Shown piece by piece: positions 28,603 to 37,590 of a stretch of 64,000 bases of DNA. The number at the start of each line of letters is the position of its first letter. The first letter of the stretch is position 1. Both the position numbers and the translations under genes were made by a program. Below the pieces are notes generated by a model. It did no database searches, was not told the origin of the DNA, and saw only the letters and a program-made list of their open reading frames with translations. Source of the stretch: a virus (taxonomy: Duplodnaviria; Heunggongvirae; Uroviricota; Caudoviricetes); IMG/VR virus record IMGVR_UViG_3300037455_001096; one strand, given 5' to 3'.

Positions 28603-29640
28603 ATGCTTCTCGGACTTGACGACATCACGCTTATCCCCGCACAAATGTCAACTGTGCGTTCAAGGTCGGAATGCGACCCGTATTATCACGAAAAAAGAAC
28701 GATGAACGGGAACTACCTGCCTTTGTTTGCCGCGCCTATGAGTTCGCTCATTGACACGAAAAACTACAACGTGTTCGAGCGTTGCGGCATACACACGGTG
28801 ATTCCGCGCAATGTTCCCGTTGATGACAGAATCTCGCTGTGCAAATATACGTTCTGCGCATTCGGCTTGCGGGAAATCGAGGAAAAATTCATCAACGACA
28901 CGCCGCTTGGATTTTGCAAAATGAGCGGTTGGAACGATGCCTATGTATGCATCGACATTGCCAACGGGCATATGGAGTATCTCTACCAACTCTGTATGAA
29001 ACTCAAAGACAGATACCAAGACCGTATCCACATTATGACGGGCAATGTCGCCAACCCGAACACATACGCCTATATCTGCGATGTGTATAACGGTGTTGTC
29101 GATTATATCCGCTTGGGTATCGGCGGCGGCTCTTGCTGCACAACCTCGGCTAACACGGCAATCCACTATCCTATGGCTACGCTGATAGCGCGGTGCTATG
29201 ACGAGCGTGCTTCCCGAAACGGTGAGGGTTGCCCGAAAATCATCGCTGACGGCGGCTTCGATTCATTCGACAAGATTATAAAGGCTCTCGCCTTGGGTGC
29301 TGACTATGTTATGCTCGGCAGCGTAATTGCGAAATCGGAGGAAGCCTGCGGGCAGACCTATGATGAGGAAAACCTCCGTGGCAGAAGAACGTTTCGCGAT
29401 TACTACGGTATGTCAACCAAGAAAGCGCAGAAGGAATTGGGTAACGCTGAACTGAAAACCTCGGAGGGCATCACCCGAAAGGTTATGGTCGAATACCCGA
29501 TTTCAAAATGGGTTGACAACTTCACATCGTATCTGCGTTCCGCTATGTCCTATATGGACGTGCGAAGCATCGGCGAGTTTGTCGGCGGTGTCGATTATTC
29601 AAGCATTTCCCCAAACGCATTCAAATCATTTTACAAATAA
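28603..29640 (+). CDS. GMP reductase (GuaC)-like enzyme of the IMPDH/GMPR TIM-barrel family (345 aa)
   Basis: DDITLIPAQMSTVRSRSECD, LPLFAAPMSSL, CIDIANGH...GIGGGSCCTT (catalytic Cys loop), IIADGGF and ADYVMLGS align with E. coli GuaC. The length matches a CBS-less GMPR. Confidence 0.8.
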   Translation: MLLGLDDITLIPAQMSTVRSRSECDPYYHEKRTMNGNYLPLFAAPMSSLIDTKNYNVFERCGIHTVIPRNVPVDDRISLCKYTFCAFGLREIEEKFINDTPLGFCKMSGWNDAYVCIDIANGHMEYLYQLCMKLKDRYQDRIHIMTGNVANPNTYAYICDVYNGVVDYIRLGIGGGSCCTTSANTAIHYPMATLIARCYDERASRNGEGCPKIIADGGFDSFDKIIKALALGADYVMLGSVIAKSEEACGQTYDEENLRGRRTFRDYYGMSTKKAQKELGNAELKTSEGITRKVMVEYPISKWVDNFTSYLRSAMSYMDVRSIGEFVGGVDYSSISPNAFKSFYK

Positions 29641-29648
29641 TCATCACT

Positions 29649-30107
29649 ATGGTAAAACCCTACAATGACGAGGAGGTCGCGAAGAAAAACGCCGAATTGG
29701 AAAAGAAATTCAAGGCGGAGCGCGACAGTTGGCAGACATCGGTATCGGAACTTGTCGATATGGTTAAGCAGACATCGAAACTGACCGACTGTATGGTTAT
29801 GGCTCTTTCGTACAGACAGCAGATTATCGAAAGGGTCGCCTATTACCGACAGTCGCTTTACAAACACAAGGCGAAGTATGACGTTCTGCGTGCAGACCGC
29901 TACAAGATGTACACCATCGAAGGCGACATCAAGTACAACAGCACGGAGAAGAACGATGCGGTGAACGCTGACTTGAAGTCGGTTATGTATCAGTTGAACC
30001 TCATTCAGAACCAAATCGACTATCTGAACGAGACCAACCAAACGCTCACCAACCTTCAGTTCGCCGTCAAGAACAAAATCACAATCGAAACCGAGCAATT
30101 GATGTAG
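29649..30107 (+). CDS. coiled-coil protein (152 aa)
   Basis: Heptad-rich, charged ORF. Confidence 0.5.
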   Translation: MVKPYNDEEVAKKNAELEKKFKAERDSWQTSVSELVDMVKQTSKLTDCMVMALSYRQQIIERVAYYRQSLYKHKAKYDVLRADRYKMYTIEGDIKYNSTEKNDAVNADLKSVMYQLNLIQNQIDYLNETNQTLTNLQFAVKNKITIETEQLM

Positions 30108-30108
30108 T

Positions 30109-30471
30109 ATGAGAATCGAAGAACCAAAAGCACTCGGACATCCGAGGAAGATTTATTACTATCGTTCCGACTTGGAGGCTATGCCAACGGACAAACTGCT
30201 GCAAATACTCTCGCTTCTTCGGAAGCAGATTTCAATGTGGTCGCAGCCTATCCATCTTGATTGGGATGAATACAGCGATGACAAGCGGTATGAAATGGAG
30301 GGCAAGATGGTCGAGTTCAGTTGGGACGACAACAACGAATACTATGCTGTGTTTTGGATGGTCAAGGATGTGCTTTCCAAAAGACCGCACGTTCCAAATT
30401 CAAAGCAGGAGCGCAAGGCGGCTCGCCAAATGAGCGCGAAAACGCATAAAAAAATAAAAACGCTTCGTTAG
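30109..30471 (+). CDS. hypothetical protein (120 aa)
   Basis: ATG ORF packed against the neighbouring genes. Confidence 0.5.
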   Translation: MRIEEPKALGHPRKIYYYRSDLEAMPTDKLLQILSLLRKQISMWSQPIHLDWDEYSDDKRYEMEGKMVEFSWDDNNEYYAVFWMVKDVLSKRPHVPNSKQERKAARQMSAKTHKKIKTLR

Positions 30472-30476
30472 TTTTC

Positions 30477-30495
30477 GAAATTTTTATTATATTAG
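30477..30495 (+). promoter_or_regulatory. conserved intergenic motif, variant copy (GAAATTTTTATTATATTAG)
   Basis: Near-copy of the 18-mer seen at 28183 and 43854. Confidence 0.25.
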
Positions 30496-30557
30496 TATGC
30501 AAACAAACGGGTGTATTCCCGAAAAATAAATTCATTAACAATTCAAATTACAAAGTT

Positions 30558-31241
30558 ATGTTTGAAAATTTGCAAAATCAGTTCAACGGAATGTTTGGTA
30601 AGGTCGCCCCTGGTATGTGCCGCCTTACTATGAACGGTAACATCGCAGTCAAATGCTCCGATGGTTACAAGTCTTACAATGTGGAGAAGAAACGCCTCAC
30701 CAACGTGACGAGTTTCTGCTTCAATGTCGGCGAGGAGATGTTCTTCGTCCTGCCCACCAACAAGGTTGAGGTCGGCGACATCATCCTTATCAAAGGCAAA
30801 CCGAAATGCGTTATCTCCGCCAACAAGGAGTGCATCAAGGTCATCGACTACGAGAACTCCGAAATCCGCGAGGTCGTACCCGAAAGACACGTCTTTATGG
30901 GCAGCACCTACTTCTACGGCAGAATCGTCTCTATGTTCGGAAACTCCTTCAAGAAAGGCAAGGGTCTCGGCAATATGATGAAGATGATGCTGATGCAACA
31001 GTTTTTGGGCGGCGGCAACTCCAACGGCGGCAACAACAATATGTTCGGTCAGATGATGGCTATGTCTATGTTTATGGGCAGTGGCAAGACCGAGAACCCG
31101 TTTGAGGGTATGTTCGATTTCGACCTCGATATGGACGGCGGCTTCGGCTGTGACGAAGCCGAATGCGAGAGCGATGACTCCGAAGACGAGCGTCCCGCTC
31201 CCAAGAAAACCAAAAAGAACAGAAAAGTAGAGGAGGAATAG
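30558..31241 (+). CDS. hypothetical protein with a Met/Gly-rich low-complexity region and an acidic C-terminus (227 aa)
   Basis: MMKMMLMQQFLGGGNSNGGNNNMFGQMMAMSMFMG, then a DDSEDE tail. Confidence 0.5.
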   Translation: MFENLQNQFNGMFGKVAPGMCRLTMNGNIAVKCSDGYKSYNVEKKRLTNVTSFCFNVGEEMFFVLPTNKVEVGDIILIKGKPKCVISANKECIKVIDYENSEIREVVPERHVFMGSTYFYGRIVSMFGNSFKKGKGLGNMMKMMLMQQFLGGGNSNGGNNNMFGQMMAMSMFMGSGKTENPFEGMFDFDLDMDGGFGCDEAECESDDSEDERPAPKKTKKNRKVEEE

Positions 31242-31243
31242 TT

Positions 31244-32122
31244 ATGGGAGCAGGAAGTTGGACACCAATGGCATACGCTTCGTACTCTGTTGAAAACAAC
31301 AAGAGTTACGATGCTGACACGCATCGCGTGAGCGGTCAAGTCTATCACAAGTCCTCGTTGGACGATTCACTGAATCCGAGAATGTTTTCGATTCGTGAGT
31401 GTGTCGATTCGGAGGAGCATCCGAACACAATCCCCATTATCCTCGCGCTTGACGTGACGGGTTCTATGGGTCGCTCCTGCATTGAGACCGCTGAAGCGTT
31501 GGGTGTCATTATGAACGAATTGTACAAAAAGTACAAGGACATCGAGTTCTGCGTTATGGGTATCGGCGATTTGGCTTATGACGAAGCACCAATTCAGATG
31601 AGCCAATTCGAAAGCGATGTCCGTATCGCCGAGGCACTTGACAAAATCTATATGGAACAAGGCGGTGGCGGAAACGCCTACGAGAGTTATACCGCAGCGT
31701 GGTATATGGCTCTGCGCCGCACTTCCCTCGACCGTATCGCCAAGCAGGGCAAGAAGGGCATCATTATCACTATGGGTGATGAGCCGCTCAACCCCTATCT
31801 TCCCAAGAGTCAGTTGAATTACGCCATCAAAGGCAGCGAGCAGGGTGACATCGACACGAAGAAACTCTATGCAGAGGTTTCCGAGAAGTTTGATGTCTAC
31901 CACATCGCTGTTAATGATAGCGACAACTGCTACGCTCGTTATTCCGCGAGAATCAAAGATTCATTCGGTGAGATTCTCGGACAAAGACTGAAAGTATCAA
32001 CTGTTAACGAACTCGCAAACGCCATTACGGAGTGCATTGACGATTCCCTTGCAGGAGACTACGAGAATATCGCCGAGCAACCGACCAATATGGTGAATGA
32101 GGAAGGCGAAATCCATTGGTAG
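31244..32122 (+). CDS. von Willebrand factor A (VWA) domain protein
   Basis: PIILALDVTGSMG is a MIDAS-like motif. A strong AGGAGGA ribosome-binding site lies upstream. Confidence 0.6.
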   Translation: MGAGSWTPMAYASYSVENNKSYDADTHRVSGQVYHKSSLDDSLNPRMFSIRECVDSEEHPNTIPIILALDVTGSMGRSCIETAEALGVIMNELYKKYKDIEFCVMGIGDLAYDEAPIQMSQFESDVRIAEALDKIYMEQGGGGNAYESYTAAWYMALRRTSLDRIAKQGKKGIIITMGDEPLNPYLPKSQLNYAIKGSEQGDIDTKKLYAEVSEKFDVYHIAVNDSDNCYARYSARIKDSFGEILGQRLKVSTVNELANAITECIDDSLAGDYENIAEQPTNMVNEEGEIHW

Positions 32123-32123
32123 T

Positions 32124-33233
32124 ATGAACAACGCGAGAATAATAATCGGCGCGAACTACGGTGACGAGGGCAAAGGGACTGTCACCGCGCATTACGCGAA
32201 ACATTCTGACAACGCTCTTAACATTCTGACAAACGGGGGCGCACAACGTGGGCATTCCATTGTCAGCGAACACGGAAGTCATACGTTCCAGCATTTTGGT
32301 TCGGGGACTTACTACGGCGCGGCGAATTATTATTCTCGCTTTTTCATTCTCAATCCTATGCAGTTCGCAAAGGAGTACGATGAACTTGTTGTGAAACCGC
32401 CCGTAATCTATCGGCACGAGGAATGCCGTTGGAGTACGCCATACGATATGATGGCTAACGCCATCACGGAAGAGTTGCAGAGACGGCACGCTTCCTGCGG
32501 TATGGGTATTTGGAACACGATAAAGCGTTATCGGGAAACGGGTACGAGAACCTTCGACAGTTTTTGGAACTTGCCTACTCGTATGAAAATCGAGGAACTC
32601 TATAAGGTAAAGTCCTATTATGAGAAACAGATTACGATTCCGAATAATTGGAAACAAGTTTGGAATTCCGAGGTTCTTATCGTGAACTACCTTTACGACT
32701 GCAAGTTTATGTTCGAACACACGGAAGTCAACAAGGACGAGCGTGTGCTTGCAGAACTCTACACAGACCTTATCTTCGAGAACGGGCAGGGATTGCTGCT
32801 GCGCGACACGGGTAAGGACACTTACGACACCACGCCTTCGGATACGGGTTTGACCGATTCCGCAGTCATACTCTACAAGATGGGTGTTATGGACAGCAAC
32901 GGGAACGCTGTTGGTGATTCAAAAATAACCGCCCACTACGTGACACGCCCGTATCTGACGAGGCACGGTGACGGTGGTATGGAAAACGAATCAAACAGAA
33001 CGGCTCTGTCAAAAGATGTTATGTCAGACCGCACAAACCAATACAACAGATTCCAAGGCAAATTCCGTTACGGGAAACTTGACCTTGACAACTTGAAGAA
33101 AAGAATCGAGTTGAACACGGGCGTAGTTCCTTACGAACTTGAACTGACCCATTGTGACGAGATGGACAGATTGGGTGAGTTCAGACAACTGTTCGACAAA
33201 ATCAATGTGTATGACAAACCCGAAATCGAATGA
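32124..33233 (+). CDS. adenylosuccinate synthetase family enzyme (PurA-like; PurZ candidate), 369 aa
   Basis: MNNARIIIGANYGDEGKGT aligns with the PurA N-terminus and P-loop GDEGKGK. GGAQRGHS aligns with the GGHNAGHT catalytic His region. FENGQGLLLRDTGKDTYDTTPSDT aligns with [24 protein letters not shown]. The protein is shorter than bacterial PurA, as PurZ and archaeal-type enzymes are. Confidence 0.8.
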   Translation: MNNARIIIGANYGDEGKGTVTAHYAKHSDNALNILTNGGAQRGHSIVSEHGSHTFQHFGSGTYYGAANYYSRFFILNPMQFAKEYDELVVKPPVIYRHEECRWSTPYDMMANAITEELQRRHASCGMGIWNTIKRYRETGTRTFDSFWNLPTRMKIEELYKVKSYYEKQITIPNNWKQVWNSEVLIVNYLYDCKFMFEHTEVNKDERVLAELYTDLIFENGQGLLLRDTGKDTYDTTPSDTGLTDSAVILYKMGVMDSNGNAVGDSKITAHYVTRPYLTRHGDGGMENESNRTALSKDVMSDRTNQYNRFQGKFRYGKLDLDNLKKRIELNTGVVPYELELTHCDEMDRLGEFRQLFDKINVYDKPEIE

Positions 33234-33718
33234 ATTGGATTAGCGTAAACGACAGATTTCCCGAAGACGGGCAGCGCGTAATTGTTTGGAACAACAAGTA
33301 CGGCGAGGTTACGTTGCAGGTTTACAACAAGGAATACCAATGTTGGGATTCGGAGAATGGCGTTATCGCCGAGTTCGGACTTGACGAAGAATGCGGAAAC
33401 GGTGTGAGGATAATCGAGCATTGGATGCTTCTCCCGACAAAACCGAGTTCCGACAACACGGTACAGAAAGAAACCGCGCCGTTTGGCGTGGGTGATACTG
33501 TATGGCGCAAAGACCTTTGCACAAACGAGGCTGTTCAAACCAAGATTCGTTCATATCAAGTCGCGATTATGCACGATGACACCAAATGCATCGTGTATCA
33601 CACGGAGGATGATTGCCATACCGTTAATATAGACGGCAATCCCCGTAGCACGGACATATTTGCAACGAAAGATGAATGTGATTCGTTTCCGCCGTTATTT
33701 GACAATTCACAAGATTAG
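33230..33718 (+). CDS. DUF551-like phage protein
   Basis: MNWISVNDRFPEDGQRVIVW is the typical DUF551 N-terminus. Its ATG overlaps the upstream TGA stop. Confidence 0.55.
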   Translation: MNWISVNDRFPEDGQRVIVWNNKYGEVTLQVYNKEYQCWDSENGVIAEFGLDEECGNGVRIIEHWMLLPTKPSSDNTVQKETAPFGVGDTVWRKDLCTNEAVQTKIRSYQVAIMHDDTKCIVYHTEDDCHTVNIDGNPRSTDIFATKDECDSFPPLFDNSQD

Positions 33719-33721
33719 ACT

Positions 33722-34102
33722 ATGTTCACAAAAGAAGAGCGTTCAACGTTCCCTTATTGGTTTGCGCATTGGTGCGCGTTTAATATGACCGCATTGAATT
33801 TGCGGTGTTGGAGATTCAGATTCTTGTTCCACGATATGCTGAAGCCGTGGATGAGGTTGTTTCTCCCTTACAAGACGGTACAGTCTTTTCACAGAAAGCA
33901 CGCCCGTCATCACAAGGAATATGAGGGTCGGCATCCCGATTATCTCGGTATGGTGATTGATTGGGAATGTTCGAGGTTCACGAAAGTCGCGGCGGGTATG
34001 ACTGCCCGTGAGAAAATGGAAACCTACAAGGACAAAGACCCCGTGTTCTACAAAAGGCTGAAAGAAAATTTCGAACCGATACTTTTGCAGTTGGGACTGT
34101 AA
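33722..34102 (+). CDS. small putative HD-type phosphohydrolase-like protein (126 aa)
   Basis: The ordered series AHW ... LFHDMLK ... HRKHARHH ... DYLGMVID fits the H..HD..H..H..D spacing of an HD domain. This is not proof. Confidence 0.4.
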   Translation: MFTKEERSTFPYWFAHWCAFNMTALNLRCWRFRFLFHDMLKPWMRLFLPYKTVQSFHRKHARHHKEYEGRHPDYLGMVIDWECSRFTKVAAGMTAREKMETYKDKDPVFYKRLKENFEPILLQLGL

Positions 34103-34135
34103 AGAAACAATGATTTTATGAATTTAAAAAAGAAA

Positions 34136-34160
34136 AGGAGGCTGATGCCTCCTTTTTTAT
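34136..34160. terminator. bidirectional rho-independent terminator at a convergent junction
   Basis: aggaggc-tgat-gcctcct stem plus TTTTTT, flanked by A-runs. It lies between the plus block end (34102) and the minus gene end (34179). Confidence 0.7.
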
Positions 34161-34178
34161 TTTAATTGTGTGTAATCG

Positions 34179-34550
34179 TTAGATTTTGATGCCCAAATAT
34201 GTGCAGATTGCGGTTGTGACAATCTTGCTGTTGAGAAGTTGGTAGAGCGGTCCAGTTGTGATGCCGAGAGCCTTGCAAATCGCGTTGCCGATTTTGTCGC
34301 CGACAGCGATACCCGTGATACCGCCAAGGATTCCGCCGACAAGTCCTTCATTTTGGACTTCGCTCATTTTGTTCTCTATGCCCTCAACGTCACAGATACC
34401 TTCATCGTTCTTGATGCTTTCCGCGAGGAACTGTATTTCTTTGTCGCTCAATGAGAGTCTTTTTTCGTAGAGTGCTGTGAACAGTTCGATAGCCTTTTTG
34501 TCTGTTGCAGCCTCGTTTTTCAAGTCAAAGTATGTTTTTACGTTTTCCAT
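34179..34550 (-). CDS. hypothetical protein (123 aa)
   Basis: ORF with Gly-rich amphipathic segments. Confidence 0.5.
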   Translation of the reverse strand: MENVKTYFDLKNEAATDKKAIELFTALYEKRLSLSDKEIQFLAESIKNDEGICDVEGIENKMSEVQNEGLVGGILGGITGIAVGDKIGNAICKALGITTGPLYQLLNSKIVTTAICTYLGIKI

Positions 34551-34590
34551 ATTGTGTGTATATTCTGATATATTATTTATATATGTGAAA

Positions 34591-35385
34591 CTACATATAG
34601 TATTCGATAATCACGCCGTTGTCCAATGTGACGTAGTTGTCGTTCAGTTCCTTTGCGTCAAGTTGGCTGAAGTCGTAACCAAGATTGACGAGTGTTTCGT
34701 AAGACAGTTCGTTGGTTTCTTCGGCTACTTCGAAGTATTCGTCCATTTCCTCGTTTTCGCCGTTGTAGTTGTTTTTCAGATAGGTAACAAGCCAAGACTG
34801 TCCGCTGAACTCGAATATCATATTCTCGATTAGTTCGTTTATGTCTTTCCAAGATGTGCATATTCCGTGGTCGAAATACTCGTTGTTTGACGGATAATCG
34901 TCAACAATTTCTTTCGCTTCTTTTAACGAAATGCCACAGTTTCTCGATATTATACCGAGTTCGTCTTTTTTCACTTTTTCGATGAGGCGGCTGTTTTTGT
35001 CTGACAGAAGCGTTATCACAATAGAATCCAACATTTCCTGCGGGCAACTGTTCAATTTGAATGCGTTGAACTGCTCTTCGCTCAACACGGTTTCGTAGTC
35101 ACTGTATTCCGCGTTTTTGTCGAGTCTGTTTGTGAAATTCGCGCCCTGCAACATTATCTGACCGTCAATGTCTGTCAGCAAGTTCCCGTTTTCTATTTTC
35201 ACGTATGAAACAGCGTCTCTGTCTTCCTGCGAGATGTTTTTGAACGCGAACACGCAGCCTATGTAGTTGGTGTAATATGACTTTGGCTTCGGTTTTTCAT
35301 CGGTATACTTTTTCAACTGTTCTTTTGTAATCGGATGTATGTCGAGTTTCTCGTTTATGAATTCTTGTGAATTGAGTATCTTCAT
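34591..35385 (-). CDS. leader-family protein with a non-LRR C-terminal domain (264 aa)
   Basis: N-terminus MKILNSQEFINEKLDIHPITKEQL, with an unrelated C-terminus. Confidence 0.65.
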   Translation of the reverse strand: MKILNSQEFINEKLDIHPITKEQLKKYTDEKPKPKSYYTNYIGCVFAFKNISQEDRDAVSYVKIENGNLLTDIDGQIMLQGANFTNRLDKNAEYSDYETVLSEEQFNAFKLNSCPQEMLDSIVITLLSDKNSRLIEKVKKDELGIISRNCGISLKEAKEIVDDYPSNNEYFDHGICTSWKDINELIENMIFEFSGQSWLVTYLKNNYNGENEEMDEYFEVAEETNELSYETLVNLGYDFSQLDAKELNDNYVTLDNGVIIEYYM

Positions 35386-35394
35386 AATTATGTA

Positions 35395-36147
35395 TTATTT
35401 TTCAATTTTCCCTTTAATCCAACTTGGTTTTTGTTTTGGTAATTTAAGGTTTGGGTTGTTTTTACAACGAAAATCCTTTCCGACTTCCTGCGGTGCGCCT
35501 TCAAGTGATGTCAGTTGGTTATCGCTGCAATCAAAATTCGCACCTACTTCCTGCGGTGCGCCTTCAAGTGAAGTCAGATTATTACTATTGCAAATAAAAC
35601 TCCCATCCACTTTATTCGGTGCGCCTTCAAGAGAGGTCAAATTATTGTCACTACAATAAAAACCTCCACTGACTTCCTGCGGTGAACCTTCAAGTGATGT
35701 CAGTTGGTTTTCGCTGCAATCAAAAAGACCGCCGACTTCCTGCGGTGCGCCTTTAAGCGAGGTTAGTTGGTTGTATTTACACCAAAAATCATCGCCAACT
35801 TCCTGCGGTGCGCCTTCAAGCGATGTCAGTTGGTTGTAACCGCAATCAAAATAACCACCGACCTTATGCGGTGCGCCTTCAAGACTTGTTAATCCAACAT
35901 CCGAACAATCAAAATCACCTTTGATTATTCCAAATTTGATTTTTAATTTACCATCTTTATCGACTACACGGGAATCAATGGTAATGTCGCGGTCACAGTC
36001 GTATAGTTTTGATAATTTGTTCCACACAAGTACGTATTGGTCGATGAATGACTTAACCATCGGCTCATCAAACCTTTTGTCGTTTTTGCCAATAGGTTTG
36101 ATGTTCAGTTTCTCGTTGACATATTCTTGTGTATTGAGTATTCTCAT
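35395..36147 (-). CDS. leader-tagged LRR-like repeat protein (250 aa)
   Basis: MRILNTQEYVNEKLNIKPIGK leader, the YDCDRDI...GKLKIKFGIIKGDFDC linker, then ~22-aa repeats N(Q)LTSLEGAPQEVGxxFxCxx. Confidence 0.75.
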   Translation of the reverse strand: MRILNTQEYVNEKLNIKPIGKNDKRFDEPMVKSFIDQYVLVWNKLSKLYDCDRDITIDSRVVDKDGKLKIKFGIIKGDFDCSDVGLTSLEGAPHKVGGYFDCGYNQLTSLEGAPQEVGDDFWCKYNQLTSLKGAPQEVGGLFDCSENQLTSLEGSPQEVSGGFYCSDNNLTSLEGAPNKVDGSFICNSNNLTSLEGAPQEVGANFDCSDNQLTSLEGAPQEVGKDFRCKNNPNLKLPKQKPSWIKGKIEK

Positions 36148-36148
36148 A

Positions 36149-36982
36149 TCAGTTGATAAATTTTCCTCCTATTCGTTTTGGCTTTCCGCTCAAAGTCCGC
36201 AAAGGGTTGTCGCTGCAATCAAAAAGACCGCCTACTTTCTGCGGTGCGCCTTTGAGTGTTGTCAGACTGTTGTATTCGCATTTGAAATCGCCATTGACCT
36301 CAACGGGTGAGAACTCCAACGATTTTAGTTCGTTGCCGCTGCAATCGAAGTTTCCGCCTATTTTCTGCGGTGCGCCTTTTAGTGACACCAAATCGTTTGC
36401 GCAGCAGTTGAAGTTTCTTTTCACTTCCTGCGGTGCGCCTTCGAGTGTTTTTAGGTTGTTTCTGTGGCAGTAGAAACTGCCGCCTATCTCTTTCGGCGAA
36501 CCCGACAATGACTGCAAGTGCGAGTCGTTGCAGTTGAAGTCGTTTCCAACGTATTCGGGTGCGCCTTCGAGCGACAGCAGATTGTTTTTCTCGCAATGGA
36601 AGTCAAGACCCACGTATTCGGGTGCGCCTTCAAGCGTTTGTAAAAGGTTGCCCGCACAATGGAAATTTCTTTTCACGTATTTCGGTGCGCCTTTCAGAGA
36701 AACAAGGTTCTGCTCGCTGCAAAAGAAACTTCCGTTCACCACGCCGAAGTTTATCTTGAACCCGTTGCCGTCCTTTCTCACAATGCTTTTGCCCGCGTAC
36801 ACATCGTTGTCGCAGTCGTATGCCTGCGTTGTCGGATTGTATTTTAAGCGGTATGTTTTTATGAATGACTCACATTCGGGGTCGGTGTTTCTTCCACTGC
36901 CCATTTTATCGAGAATTCCTTTTGGTATAGGCTTGATGTCCAATTTTTCGGATGTGAGTTCGTATGTTTTCAGAATCTTCAT
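36149..36982 (-). CDS. leader-tagged LRR-like repeat protein (277 aa)
   Basis: MKILKTYELTSEKLDIKPIPK leader and a repeat array L(Q/V)SL(K/E)GAP(K/E)YVxxxFxCxxN. Confidence 0.75.
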   Translation of the reverse strand: MKILKTYELTSEKLDIKPIPKGILDKMGSGRNTDPECESFIKTYRLKYNPTTQAYDCDNDVYAGKSIVRKDGNGFKINFGVVNGSFFCSEQNLVSLKGAPKYVKRNFHCAGNLLQTLEGAPEYVGLDFHCEKNNLLSLEGAPEYVGNDFNCNDSHLQSLSGSPKEIGGSFYCHRNNLKTLEGAPQEVKRNFNCCANDLVSLKGAPQKIGGNFDCSGNELKSLEFSPVEVNGDFKCEYNSLTTLKGAPQKVGGLFDCSDNPLRTLSGKPKRIGGKFIN

Positions 36983-36984
36983 AT

Positions 36985-37590
36985 CTAATTGAATGTTACT
37001 TCTCCTATCATTTCACCGCCAATCCAACTCGGTTTGTCTTTCGGCATAACGAGTCTGTCACCGAAACGATTGTAGTTGTCTTTGCAATAGAAGTTCCCGC
37101 CAACGAATTCGGGTGCGCCTTCAAGGGATGTGATGTTGTTGTGTTCACAGTTGAAGTCGCCAATGACTGTCTTTGGTGCGCCTTTTAGGTTTGTCAGATA
37201 GTTGTGGCTGCAATTGAAGTCATTCGTTTCCTGCGGTGCGCCGACAAGGGAAGTCAGATTGTTGTTGTCGCAGTAAAACGTACCGCCTACTTCGATTGGT
37301 GCGCCTTCAAGCGAAATCAGTTTGCATAGACTGCAATCAAACCAACCCTTTACCACGCCGAATTGTATGGTAAACTTCCCGTCCTTTATATCGTGTTCCG
37401 TCAGACTGACATTGCCATCGCAGTCGTAACGCCTTGTTTTTTTGTTCCAAACAAGGTGGTTGTTTTTGATGGTTGCCCTCGTTTTTTCGTCAACTTCGGG
37501 TTCGTCTGACGAGAACCTTTTATCGTCTTTTGAAATTGGCTTTATGTCGAGTTTTTCGCTTATATACTCCTCTGTGTTCAGTATTTTCAT
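36985..37590 (-). CDS. leader-tagged LRR-like repeat protein (201 aa)
   Basis: Start set at the internal MKILNTEEYISEKLDIKPISK, which overlaps the upstream stop as TAATG. Confidence 0.7.
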   Translation of the reverse strand: MKILNTEEYISEKLDIKPISKDDKRFSSDEPEVDEKTRATIKNNHLVWNKKTRRYDCDGNVSLTEHDIKDGKFTIQFGVVKGWFDCSLCKLISLEGAPIEVGGTFYCDNNNLTSLVGAPQETNDFNCSHNYLTNLKGAPKTVIGDFNCEHNNITSLEGAPEFVGGNFYCKDNYNRFGDRLVMPKDKPSWIGGEMIGEVTFN

